Shown here piece by piece: positions 36,255 to 48,664 of a DNA stretch of 64,000 bases; the stretch's first letter is position 1, and each line of letters opens with the position of its first letter. Origin of the DNA: Mobula hypostoma. Lineage: Eukaryota. The notes beneath the pieces were generated by a model. That model saw only the letters and a list, made by a program, of their open reading frames with translations, ran no database searches and was not told the DNA's origin. The position numbers and the translations under genes are program-made. The stretch spans positions 178,810,001-178,874,000 of the forward strand of contig NC_086097.1 in the NCBI RefSeq assembly GCF_963921235.1, in the 5' to 3' direction.

Positions 36255-37755
36255 AAGAATTATCGTATGAGGAGCATTTGATGGCTCTGGGCCTGTACTT
36301 GCTTGAATTTAGAAGAATGCGGGGTGATCTCATCGAAACCTATTGAATGTTAAAAGTCCTAGATAGAGTGGATGTGGAGATGATGTTCTCTGTTGTGGGA
36401 AGTTCTAAGATCAGAGGACAGCCTCAGAATAGAGGGACATCCATTTAGAACAGAGATGAGGAGAAATTTCTTCAGCCAACTGGTGAGGAATCTGTAGAAT
36501 TCATTGCTACAGACAGCTGTGGAGGCCAGGTCGTTGGGTGCATTTATGGCGGAGATCGATAGGGTCTTGATTAGTCAGGGTGTGAAAGGTTACGTGGAGA
36601 AGGCAGGAGAATGGGGCAAAGAGAGTAAAGGGACCAGTCTTGATGAAACGGCGGAGCAAACTCAATGAGTCAAATGGCCTAATTCTGCTCCTATCTCTTA
36701 TGGTCGTTTGCTCACCTACCTACAGGAAAGATATCAATAAGATTGAAGAAGTTTGGGAAAAAAAATTAGAAGGATGTTGCGAGGTCTTGAGGACCTAAGT
36801 TATAAGGAAATGTTGAATAGGTTATCCCCAGGAGCATAGGAAAATGAAAGGAGATTTGGTGGAAATATACAAAATCATGAGAGGCATAGAAATGGTAAAT
36901 ACAAGCAGGCTTTTTCTACCGAGGTTGAGTGAGCCTAGAACGAGAGGTCATAGGTTAAGGGTGAAATTAGAAATATTTAAAGTGAACCTGAGAAGGAAGG
37001 TCTTCATTCAGAGTGCGGAACAAGCTACCAGTGGAAGTGATGGATTATTGAGAGTGTCGTGGCCACCTCTATTACCATTTGGTTTCCCACCACCTCCTCC
37101 CTCTCCAAGTCCAGGTTGTAGTGAGTGGGGTGCTCAGCGGAGAACATCATGGGCTGTCAGCTGCTGACATCAGAAAACCTGTTCATCACCAGAGCAAAGA
37201 AAAAACTGAAAAAAATTACTGCTGGCTCCACCCGCCCAACAATCTCCTATTCACCAAATTGCCGTCAGGGAGATGCTACAAGTGCATCACCACAAGGACT
37301 ACACGTCATCTCCAAAGCCTCTTTCTTGTTTCTCAACATAATAACCTAACCGTCCCTGCACATGATCTTTTCTGCTCTCCTCCTTTTGTTGATAATTATT
37401 TAGTCTGCTCGTATTATTTAAGTTTGAATTTTGACATTTGCACACACATGTGGCCATTATGCTAATTGTTGATTGCTGGTGGCTGTTTGCACTATTGTTC
37501 TATAAATTGTTGGTTGCTGTTGCGTTGTCTGTTATGGTATTGTTCTGTGTTTTATGCTTGGCACTGAACCACATTTCTGTTTCTGAATCTGATGTAGGTT
37601 CAATGTCAACATTTAAGAGAAGTTTGGATGAATACGTCGATGGAGGCGTATGGAGTGCTATGGTCCAGGTGTGGGTTGATGGGATTAGGCAGAATAACTG
37701 TTCAGCATGGACTAGATGAGTGGAAGAGCCTGTACTGTAGTGCTCTATGACTCTA
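36255..37755 (+). mobile_element. Two CR1 3' fragments, the second split by a Rex-like fragment (~37045-37590)
   Basis: GDLIET and GDLVEIYKIMRGI motifs; LFTKLPSGRCYKCI in ORF 37079..37465; ctctatgactcta tail. Confidence 0.75.
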
Positions 37756-37936
37756 CAGAACAAAATTGGAACAAAGTGTGAAGTCCATTTTAGTACAAAG
37801 TGATCAAAGTGGTCGTAGTGTTGCTAAACTACAGTGATCAGGATTGTGCTATTGGTTCAGGAACTGAATGGTTGAAAGAAAGTGTCTGTTCTTGAACTTG
37901 GCTTCTGTACTTCCTGCTCAATGGTGACTGCGAGAA

Positions 37937-38072
37937 GATGTCGTGGTCCAAATGGTGGGGTTCTTTGATGATGTCATGGTCCAAATGGTGGGGTTCTTTG
38001 ATGATGTCATGGTCCAAATGGTGGGGTTCTTTGATGATGTCATGGTCCAAATGGTGGGGTTCTTTGATGATG
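37937..38072. repeat. 33-bp tandem repeat, 4 copies, inside a minus-strand Rex-like fragment
   Basis: Unit gatgtcatggtccaaatggtggggttctttgat. Confidence 0.93.
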
Positions 38073-39068
38073 GACTTTATCTTGAGGAAGCACCTCCTGT
38101 AGATACTAGCAATGGTGGGGAGGGATGTGCATGATGTGTTGCGCAGAGTCTGCTACTCTCTGCTGCCTCTGAATGTCAATAGGCAGTTAGTGGTCAGCAC
38201 GGACTCAGTGGGCCCAATGGCCTGTTTTCATGCACTATCCCAGTGTGACTCTAAGATTTCTGGTGAAGGTGCTCCCAGAATAGGGAGGGAGTTCCAGGAT
38301 TTAACTCCAATCTTTTAATAAAATATACCTCCATTCCTTTAACAATAAAGGAACAGTGATATATTTCCAAGTCAGGAGGGTGCATTACTTGGAGGGAAAT
38401 CTGCAGGAGGTGGTATTCTCCATATACTCACAAAGTTCTCATCTCCATTTGCCCATCATTCTCCTGGAACTACTTGGAGTGATGGAGTCACTTAGCAAAG
38501 ACATGGTCACTGCAGCCTAGCTCTTCATACATCTGGACCCTCTCCAATGCCAGCATATCCTCTCTTGGGACTCAAAACTGCTCACAATACTCCAGTTGTA
38601 GTCTGACTAATGCCTTATGAAGCCTCAGCATTTAGGGTTGCTGTTGGCAATAACTTCACTACGTGACCACTTGATTCATTAAGAAGATTACAGAAGCCCA
38701 AAATAAATCAGTTTAGTTTGGGTGGGCACACAGTGGTCAGCACAAACATGGTGGGCTGAAGGGACTGTTTGGGTGGTTAATGACTTTATGACTCCATAGA
38801 GTCTAGGACAGAGATTGGTGCATGGGGATGAGTATTCAGTGAATGAAGAGGCATTGGGTTTCATTAATCATAATCTGTTATCATCTTATAAATCAAAGTG
38901 GAGAGAGGAAAATATAAGAAAATAGTAAAAAATGGTAAATTTTTGGTTTATTGTCACTTGTACTGAGATGTGTGAAAAACTTGTCTTGCTTACTGTTAAT
39001 GCATATTAATTTATTTCCCCATGCATTGAGGAAGAACAAGTTAAAAGAATGACGAATAACATGATACA

Positions 39069-39648
39069 TAGAAACATAGAAAACCTACAGCACAATACAG
39101 GCCCTTTGGCCCACAGAGTTGTGCCGAACATGTCCTTACCTTAGAAATTACTAGACTTACCCATAGCCTTCTATTTTTCTGAGCTCCATGTACCTATCCA
39201 AAAGTCTCTTAAAAGACCCTATTGTATCAGCCTCCACCACCATTGCCAGCAGCCCATTCCACGCACTCACCACTCTCTGAGTAAAAAACTTACCCCTGAC
39301 ATCTCCTCTTTACCTGCTCCCCTGCACCTTAAACCTGTGTCCTCTTGTGGCAACCATTTCAGCCCTGGGAAAAAGCCTCTGACTATCCGCACGACCGATG
39401 TCTCTCATCATCTTATACACCTCTATCAGGTCACCTCTCATCCTCCGCCGCTCCAAGGAGAAAAGGCCGCGTTCACTCAACCTGTTTTCATAAGGCATGC
39501 TCCCCAATCCAGGCAACATCCTTGTAAATCTCCTCTGCACCCTTTCTATATTTTCCACATCCTTCCTGTAGTGAGGTGGCCAGAACTGAGCACAGTACTC
39601 CAAGTGGGGTCTGACCAGGGTCCTATATAGCTGCAACATTACCTCTCG
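39069..39648 (-). mobile_element. Young CR1 3' end inserted in a Rex-like 3' UTR
   Basis: Open ORF 39310..39699 (LYRTLVRPHLEYCAQFWPP, RGDLIEVYK); TSD gataca at 39063-39068 and 39649-39654. Confidence 0.9.
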
Positions 39649-40337
39649 GATACAGGTACAGATAAAGTGCAGTGTGCGCAGAGTAAGGTAAAAAGCCATA
39701 ATGAGGTAGATTGCAAGGTTTCATTTTATCATACTAGAGGACTGTTCAATAGTTTTATATGAATGAGATAGAGCTGCCCTCGAGCCTGGTGCTATGAGTT
39801 TTCAGGATTTTCTTTCTTCAGCCTGAAGGCAGAGGGTACCACGTCTGGGGTGGGTTGATTATACTAGCTGTTTCACTGAGGCAGCAAGATGTGTAGAAAG
39901 AGTACATGGAAGGGAGGCTGGTCTTTGCGATCTGCTGAGCTGTATCTACAGCTCTGCAGTTACTTATGCTCATGGTCAGTACGGTTCTTAAACCAGATGC
40001 AGATGGGATGTATCAATGGTGCATTATTAGGAGCAGGAGTGGGCCACGTGGACATGTTATTGCAGGGACCAGTATCTTAAGGATAAATGGAATTAGTAGG
40101 TGTTTTTGTTGTATGTGATGATTTGATTCCAAGAAGAAACATAAAGATTTCTTCATTTAGTTTCTCCCACCCATGGTGCCACTGGTACATCACAGTTCCT
40201 GAAGTGGTTGTAATTAGCACCATACCAATATTCCAGCTAGCTCCAAACACTCTGATGCTCTCCTGGACATCCCCACAAGACTCTGCAACTTCGGAGATCA
40301 TTCACAACTCTGCCAAGTGTGTCCTAAGGCAGGCCGA

Positions 40338-43082
40338 AGCCAATTCACCCAGTGTGTACTGATCAGTACTGTCCATACCCCTCTTACAACATAGATAATG
40401 GCAGCCAATTCACCCAGTGTGTACTGATCAGTACTGTCCATACCCCTCTTACAACATAGAACATGGCAGCCAATTCACCCAGCGTGTACTGATCAGTACT
40501 GTCCATACCCCTCTTACAACATAGAACATGGCAGCCAATTCACCCAGTGTGTACTGATCAGTACTGTCCATACCCCTCTTACAACGTAGAACATGGCAGC
40601 CGATTCACCCAGTGTGTACTGATCAGTACTGTCCATACCCCTCTTACAACGTAGAACATGGCAGCCGATTCACCCAGTGTGTACTGATTAGTACTGTCCA
40701 TACCCCTCTTACAACATAGAACATGGCAGCCAATTCACCCAGCGTGTACTGATCAGTACTGTCCATACCCCTCTTACAACATAGAACATGGCAGCCAGTC
40801 CAACCAGCGTGTACTGATTAGTACTGTCCATACCCCTCTTACAACATAGAACATGGCAGCCAATTCACCCAGCGTGTACTGATCAGTACTGTCCATACCC
40901 CTCTTACAACATAGAAACGGGCAGCCAATTCACACAGCGTGTACTGATCAGTACTGTCCATACCCCTCTTACAACATAGATAATGGCAGCCAATTCACCC
41001 AGTGTGTACTGATTAGTACTGTCCATACCCCTCTTACAACATAGAAACGGGCAGCCAGTTCACACAGCGTGTACTGATCAGTACTGTCCATACCCCTCTT
41101 ACAACATAGAACATGGCAGCCAATTCACCCAGTGTGTACTGATCAGTACTGTCCATACCCCTCTTACAACATAGAACATGGCAGCCAGTCCAACCAGCGT
41201 GTACTGATTAGTACTGTCCATACCCCTCTTACAACATAGAACATGGCAGCCAATTCACCCAGTGTGTACTGATCAGTACTGTCCATACCCCTCTTACAAC
41301 ATAGAACATGGCAGCCAATTCACCCAGCGTGTACTGATCAGTACTGTCCATACCCCTCTTACAACATAGAAACGGGCAGCCAATTCACCCAGCGTGTACT
41401 GATCAGTACTGTCCATACCCCTCTTACAACATAGAAACGGGCAGCCAATTCACCCAGCGTGTACTGATCAGTACTGTCCATACCCCTCTTACAACATAGA
41501 TCATGGCAGCCACTTCACCCAGCGTGTACTGATCAGTACTGTCCATACCCCTCTTACAACATAGAAACGGGCAGCCAATTCACCCAGCGTGTACTGATCA
41601 GTACTGTCCATACCCCTCTTATAACATAGAAACGGGAAGCCAGTTCACCCAGTGTGTACTGATCAGTACTGTCCATACCCCTCTTACAACATAGAAACGG
41701 GCAGCCAATTCACCCAGCGTGTACTGATCAGTACTGTCCATACCCCTCTTACAACATAGAAACGGGCAGCCAATTCACCCAGTGTGTACTGATCAGTATT
41801 GTCCATACCCCTCTTACAACATAGATCATGGCAGCCAGTTCACCCAGCGTGTACTGATCAGTACTGTCCGTACCCCTCTTACAACATAGAAACGGGCAGC
41901 CAATTCACCCAGCGTGTACTGATCAGTACTGTCCGTACCCCTCTTACAACATAGAAACGGGAAGCCAATTCACCCAGCGTGTACTGATCAGTACTGTCCA
42001 TACCCCTCTTACAACATAGAACATGGCAGCCAATTCACCCAGTGTGTACTGATCAGTACTGTCCATACCCCTCTTACAACGTAGAACATGGCAGCCGATT
42101 CACCCAGTGTGTACTGATCAGTACTGTCCATACCCCTCTTACAACGTAGAAACGGGCAGCCAATTCACCCAGTGTGTACTGATCAGTACTGTCCATACCC
42201 CTCTTACAACATAGATCGTGGCAGCCACTTCACCCAGCGTGTACTGATCAGTACTGTCCATACCCCTCTTACAACATAGAAACGGGAAGCCAGTTCACCC
42301 AGTGTGTACTGATCAGTACTGTCCGTACCCCTCTTACAACATAGAACATGGCAGCCAATTCACCCAGTGTGTACTGATCAGTACTGTCCGTACCCCTCTT
42401 ACAACATAGAACATGGCAGCCAATTCACCCAGTGTGTACTGATCAGTACTGTCCATACCCCTCTTACAACATAGAAACGGGAAGCCAATTCACCCAGCGT
42501 GTACTGATCAGTACTGTCCATACCCCTCTTACAACATAGAAACGGGCAGCCAGTTAACCCAGCGTGTACTGATCAGTACTGTCCATACCCCTCTTACAAC
42601 ATAGAAACGGGCAGCCAATTCACCCAGTGTGTACTGATCAGTACTGTCCATACCCCTCTTACAACATAGATCATGGCAGCCACTTCACCCAGCGTGTACT
42701 GATCAGTACTGTCCATACCCCTCTTACAACATAGAAACGGGAAGCCAGTTCACCCAGTGTGTACTGATCAGTACTGTCCATACCCCTCTTACAACATAGA
42801 ACATGGCAGCCAATTCACCCAGCGTGTACTGATCAGTACTGTCCGTACCCCTCTTACAACATAGAACATGGCAGCCAATTCACCCAGTGTGTACTGATCA
42901 GTACTGTCCGTACCCCTCTTACAACATAGAAACGGGCAGCCAGTTCACCCAGCGTGTACTGATCAGTACTGTCCATACCCCTCTTACAACATAGAACATG
43001 GCAGCCGATTCACCCAGCGTGTACTGATTAGTACTGTCCATACCCCTCTTACAGATCATAGAACAGGGCAGCCAATTCACCC
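40338..43082. repeat. 65-bp minisatellite, about 42 highly similar units
   Basis: Unit gcagccaattcacccagtgtgtactgatcagtactgtccatacccctcttacaacatagaacatg (starts at 40401, 40466, ...). Confidence 0.98.
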
Positions 43083-43879
43083 ATCCTATCTGTGCCAAGC
43101 ATGATGCACGTAAGTTCATCCTTTCTGCATGTACCTTATCCACATTCGGCCTCTTTAACACCTCTATCATATCTGCCTGTCCCACCACCCCTAGCAGCCC
43201 GTTCCAGACAGCCGCCACTCTCTGTAAACAACTTGCCTCACAAAAATCTTTTAAATTTTTCCCCCTCCTTCATAGTGCCAGCTGCTCCAATGAGCTTTTT
43301 GTCACTTGCCCAAAGATTTCCTTTTGGTGTCAGTTTCTGTTTGTATTGTTGCTGTTGGAGCCCGAGGCGATTTATCACTTAAATGCATGTTATAATTGTT
43401 TGAATAAAACCAAAGTCCGGGTTTGACGATGCAACACTGTGTTCTCTGAGAGAGAAACCAAGTACTCCACAAGGTGCCTGTTCAACATTATTCTCTCACT
43501 GAGCAGAAAGCACTGAGAATGGGATGAGCAATGCAATCAATGAGTAATTAAAATGGATATCGATTTGGCTTCTTGAAAAGAGCATATAGCGTCAGAAAAT
43601 CCTGCTTTGCAAGCTGAAAATGGTCTGCCTTGCAAAACTACTGGTGCAGGCTCTTAAGAGAGCACTCTTTATGCTTCGGGTGATTTTGGACATCCTGAAG
43701 ATAATAACATTATATTTTTACTATATCTCGAATCACCCATGAGCCAATTTCACTACCATATGTAGATTTGGTCTCAGAAAGTTATGCAGTGAAGGTTCAC
43801 CGGGTCAATTCCTGGAGTGAAGGGGTTAACGTATGAAATAACATTGGGCAGTTAGAGCCAGACTCATGGTCACCCTGGT

Positions 43880-45170
43880 AATTGAAATTGGTTTACAGTG
43901 TTATTGTTACTTGTACTGAGATACAGTGAAAATCTTGCCTTGCACACTGTTCAAACAGATCAGATCATTACACAGTGCGCTGAGCTGGAACGAGGTAAAA
44001 CAACAGCAATGCAGAATAAAATGTTACAGTTACAGAGAAAGTGCAGTACAGGCAGACAATAAAGTGCAAGAACATTATCGAGGAATATTGTGAGGTCAAG
44101 AGGCATTCTTATCGTACTAGGGAATTACTTAATAATCTTATAACAGTGGGAAAGAAACTGTCTTTGAGTCTGGTGGTACTGCTTTCAGTCTTTTGTATAT
44201 TCTGCCCGGTGGGAGAGAAAGAATGTCTTGGTGGTTATTTGATTGGCTGTTTTACCGAGGCAGCAAGAAGTATAGAGAGAGTCCATAGACTGGAGGCTGG
44301 TTCCTATAATATGCTGAGCTGTGTCCACAACTCTTTGCAGTTTCTTGCAATCATGGGCAGGGCCATTTTCATACCAAGCCGTAACCCCTCCCATTGAGCA
44401 GAAGATTCAAAAGCTGGAGAATATCTACCATCAGGCTTAAGGACAGCTCCTGTCCCATTGTTAACAAATTCCTGAACAGACCTCTCATAAGCTAACCGAT
44501 CAACTCTTGATCTCCCAATCTGCCTCGCTGTTGCCCTTGTGCATTATTTATCTGCTTGCACTGCATTTTCCCTGTAACTGTAACACTTTATTCTGCATTC
44601 TGTTTTCTTTTTACTACCTCAATATTCTTATAAAACTCTGATTAGACCACACTTGTAGTATTGTGTTCAGTTCTAGTCATATTCCTTAGGAAGGACATGG
44701 ACCCTTTGGAGAAGGTGCAAAAGGGATTTACCAGGATACTACCTGGATTAGAGAGCATGTCTCAGGAGGATAGGTTGAGCGAGCTGTAGGGATTTTCACT
44801 TTGGAGAGAAGGAGGATGAGAGGTGACTTAATAGAGGTGTATAAGATGACAGGAGTCGTGGATAGAATGGACAGCCAGGGACATTTTTCCAGGATGGAAA
44901 TGGGGCATAATTTTACAGTGATTTGAGGAAAATATGGGGGAACATCAGAGGTAGTTTTTTTACACAGAGAGCAGTGGGTACATGAAACATACTGCCTGCA
45001 GCTGGTAGAGGCAGATACAATGGGGACGTTTAAGAAACTCTTAGCTAGGCACATGGATGAAAGAAAAATGGAGTGCTATGTGGAAGGTATGGGTTAGATT
45101 GATGTTAGGGTAGGTTAAAAGTTTAGCACAACATTGTGTACTGTACTGTGTTGTGCTTTTCTGTGTTCTG
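43880..45170. mobile_element. Cluster: Rex-like 3' fragments (- then +) followed by a CR1 3' fragment (+)
   Basis: ORF 44185..44394 (VTAWY...KKLQRVVDTAQHI); gaccacacttgtagtattgtgttcagttc and aggtgacttaatagaggtgtataag. Confidence 0.75.
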
Positions 45171-45619
45171 TGTTCAGTGTGTGGAATGATCTGTCTGGGT
45201 AGCATCCAGTCAAAAGTTTCTCACTGTAGCTTGTTACACGTGACATTAATAAATCAATATTCCAGAAGTTCCATTGTTAGAGCAGAGAAGGTTAAGAGTA
45301 CACAGGAGACTGCAGATGTGGGCGAATGGTGCAAAAGTTCCAAACTGCTAAAGGAACTTAACTCAATGGGTGAGGTAGCTTCTGTGGGGGAAAAGGATAG
45401 TTAAGACCCTGCATCAGGACAAGCTAAGGGAGGTTTAATTGAGGCATTTCCAATCAGGAAAAGTTTTGATTGGATAAATGAGAATAAGATATGGGAAGGT
45501 CATATTTGAGAAGGTTGGTAAGAAAGGCAGATGGGAAGTACTTTTATCCAATGAGTTATAATGGGAGACAGTTTCAAAAGGATTTTTTCAGGAATATTAG
45601 AGGGAAATTACAGTACTTG

Positions 45620-46045
45620 GTGACCCAAGAAACTGCAGATGCTGGAAAATTGGAACAACACACAAAGGAGCTGAAGGAACACAGCCAGTCAAGAAGCATC
45701 TGTGGAAGGAAATGGGCAGTTAGTGTTTTGGGTTGAGACCCTTCATCAGAACTGGAAAGAAAGAGAGGAGGTAGCTGGTATAAAGTGATGGAGGGGAGGG
45801 GAGGAGCAAGAGCTGGCAGGTGATGGGTCAATCTAGGTGATGTAGGGGGGGAGGTGGTGAGTGAGAATGATGTGAGAAGTTGGGAGAGTATTACTGGAAG
45901 TGATAAAGAGCTGAAGAGATGGAATTTGATAGATGAGGGCGTAGAGTCAGAAAGGAAAAAAATGGGAGAGAAGAACAAGGGGAGCAGTTACCAGAAGTTG
46001 GAGAATTTGACATTTGTGTCAGGTTTGAGACTACTCTACAGGAAG
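45620..46045 (-). mobile_element. Penelope-like element 3' terminal repeat with hammerhead-like motif
   Basis: aactgcagatgctggaaa...gcatctgtggaag; reverse complement of 45717-45755 reads ccagttCTGATGAagggtctcaacccaaaacactaactg. Confidence 0.7.
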
Positions 46046-46204
46046 TAATGACAGGGTTCTGGAGAACAGGCAGAGGAGGAATCTCAGGGAAAATGGATAT
46101 CTTCTTAAGAAGAGGAATAATGGGGCTATGGGATAACAGCACTTACTGACCTGCTGTCACACCAAGCCTCTTCATTGGTGCAAGTTAGTTTAAATAATTA
46201 CGAG

Positions 46205-46900
46205 CAAAACACACAAAATGCTGGAGGAACTCAGCAGGCCAGCAGCATCTATGGAAAAGAGTACAGTCTGTGTTTCGGGCCGAGATCCTTCAGAAGGACG
46301 ATAAAAAAGGATGAGAAGTCAGAGTAAGAAGGTGGGGGGTGGGGAGGTAGTAGGTGATAGGTGAAACTGGGAGAGTAAAGAGCTGGGAAGTCAATTGGTG
46401 AAAGAGATAAAGGGTTGGGAAGGAGGAATCGGATAGGAGATTTCATGTTGGAATGGGAATGCTAAGTAGAATTAAAATGGGCGGCCTTTGGGAGATCCTG
46501 CTTTCACTAGTGGAGCACAGGTGCTTGGCGAAGCCGTCTCCTAATCTATGTTGGGTTTCACTGATATACAGGAGGCCACACTGGGGGCACCAGATACAGC
46601 AGATGATCCCAACAGACTTGCATGTGAAGTGTTGCCTCACCTGGCGAGACTACATAGGGTCCTGAATGGTGGTGAGGGAGGAGGTGTAGGGGCAGGTGTA
46701 GCACTTGTTCCACTTGCAAGGATAAGTGCCAGGTGGGAGATCAGTGGGGAGGGGAGAGTGGAGAAGGGAGTCACGTAGGGAGCGACCCCTGCGGAAAGCA
46801 GAAAGTAGGGGGGAGGGAAAGATGTGTTTGGTAGTGGGATAACGAAAATTACAAACAATTATTTGATGGGCGGGGAGCTGGTGGGGTGGTAGGTGATTAC
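46205..46900 (-). mobile_element. Penelope-like element 3' part with degenerate GIY-YIG endonuclease
   Basis: ORF 46443..46640 FTCKSVGIICCIWCPQCGLLYISETQHRLGDGFAKH fits F-C-S--VIY-I-C--C---YIGET---L--RF--H; terminal repeat at 46205-46300. Confidence 0.85.
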
Positions 46901-47170
46901 TAATAATTAATAATTATGAGATCTGGTTCGGCTGTTGACCAAGTCCATGAGGCTCAGTAAGAGAAACAGAACAAAACCTTTGAGTGTTTTTTTTAATCAG
47001 AATATAATTAATGTATTCTGAGGCTTTGTGCAGTTGTTCCAGATAAATACATCAACTCCTTGTTTCGATCTTTTATTGTAATAGAACTGCAGTATGGTAC
47101 TGATTGCACTAGAGTATGTCTCCCCAGTGATTAATAATGTTTGCTTTAATTTGTTTCCAATTGATTTTAC

Positions 47171-47172
<2 letters not shown>

Positions 47173-47218
<46 letters not shown>

Positions 47219-47490
47219 CGTGAGCATGAGTAAGTCTAAGATACTATGTGTCCATATCTTTGTGTACATTTTTATATGTTTGTATTTGAGTACGTATGTG
47301 TAAAACTGTATATACGTGTGAGTGAGAGTGTGTGCATTGCTTTGTGTTTAAACCCATTATTGTGCGTGTGTGTGTCTGCGTGTATGCATATGTGCTGAGT
47401 GAACATGTGGAACATGGGCAAGCCTGCATGTGTGAATGTGTGTGCATTGGTGTGAGCATGTGTACGCATGTTTATGTGCACATACATGTG
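47173..47490. repeat. (TG)n microsatellite plus TG/TA-rich low complexity
   Basis: Perfect (TG)n at ~47173-47216. Confidence 0.9.
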
Positions 47491-47764
47491 TGGGGCAGAA
47501 AACAAGTTCCCACTCTCTGGGACTCCACTCTGAAACTGTTCAGACCAAAAGTGCTGAAGTTTTTACACTTGCTGCTTGTGATATCCTTTGTGAAAATGTT
47601 AGTTAATGAAATAAATTCAGCAAAGCACAGCTCAGTGAAATCCAGGTCTTAACAGGAAGTGTTAATTTACTGTGGAGACCTTCATCTGGTCTCTGAAGGG
47701 GCTCCTGTCAGTTTGTGGCGATGCCGGAGGTGTGGTGGTACAGTGTGTTGCTGAGCATACGCCT

Positions 47765-48305
47765 CAGAATTAGAATCAGCTTTGTTATCACTGTCTTAGA
47801 TGATGTGAAATTTGTTGTTTTGCAGCAGCAGAAATAAAAATTACTGTAGATTAGAAAATAAACGGTACAAAAATAATCAGCGAGGTAGTGCTCACATGCT
47901 CATAACAGTACGGAAATCTGATGGCGGAGGGGAAGAAGCTGTTCCTGAATCATTGAGTGTGAATCTTCCGGCTCCTGTAGCCCTCCCTGATGGTAGTAAT
48001 GAGAAGGGAGTCAGAATCAGGTTTATTATCACCGATGTAGGTTGTAAAATTTGTTGTTTTGCAGCAGTAGTACAGGGCAATAAACACGTGTCCTGGATGG
48101 CGAGGGTCCTCAATGATGGCTGCCCGTCTTCTTGAGGCACCGTCCCTCGAAGACATCCAGGAGTGTGGAGAGGGTTGTGCCAGTGATGGAGCTGGCTGAG
48201 TCTACAGCCCTCTGCTGCCTCTTGCAGCTCTGCGCTGGAGCCTCCATAACGGGAGGTGAGGCAACCATCAGAATGCTCTCCACCGTACGTACATCTGTAG
48301 AAAGC
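47765..48305 (-). mobile_element. Rex1/Babar-like fragments, nested
   Basis: Two gaatcag...ttatcac tails; ORF 48110..48409 contains TVESILMV...QRAVDSASSITG. Confidence 0.72.
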
Positions 48306-48664
48306 AGAGCCTGTGATTTGAACTGGGAACGAGACCTCCAGATGGGGAGGGGAGAGCCTGTTGTGCCGAACTGGCTGCTGGTTCTAATTGCTGCTATGGA
48401 ACCAGTCATTGAGCTGTGTATGTTAGCTCACACACTCCCAGCTCATTTTTAATTCTCTCTGCCAAGAAACCCTCCTGATTCACCTTGAGATGTCTGCCGA
48501 TTAATGTCCAGCACTGGTCAGAGAACCAGATGCCAGGATTTTTTTTAACTTGTGACCTCAGTTGAAAGTTAAATGATGAAGTAGCTCACATCACCTCTCT
48601 GTGCAGCTCTGGAGAGCAGGCAGTGAATGTGGAAAACTCCATTCTCCACTGATTTCCCCTGCAA

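Noticed and set aside
40338..43082. CRISPR-like or tandem hammerhead (retrozyme) array
   Set aside because: No unique spacers or cas genes, and the context is vertebrate; CTGATCA does not fit CUGANGA and I see no supporting helices
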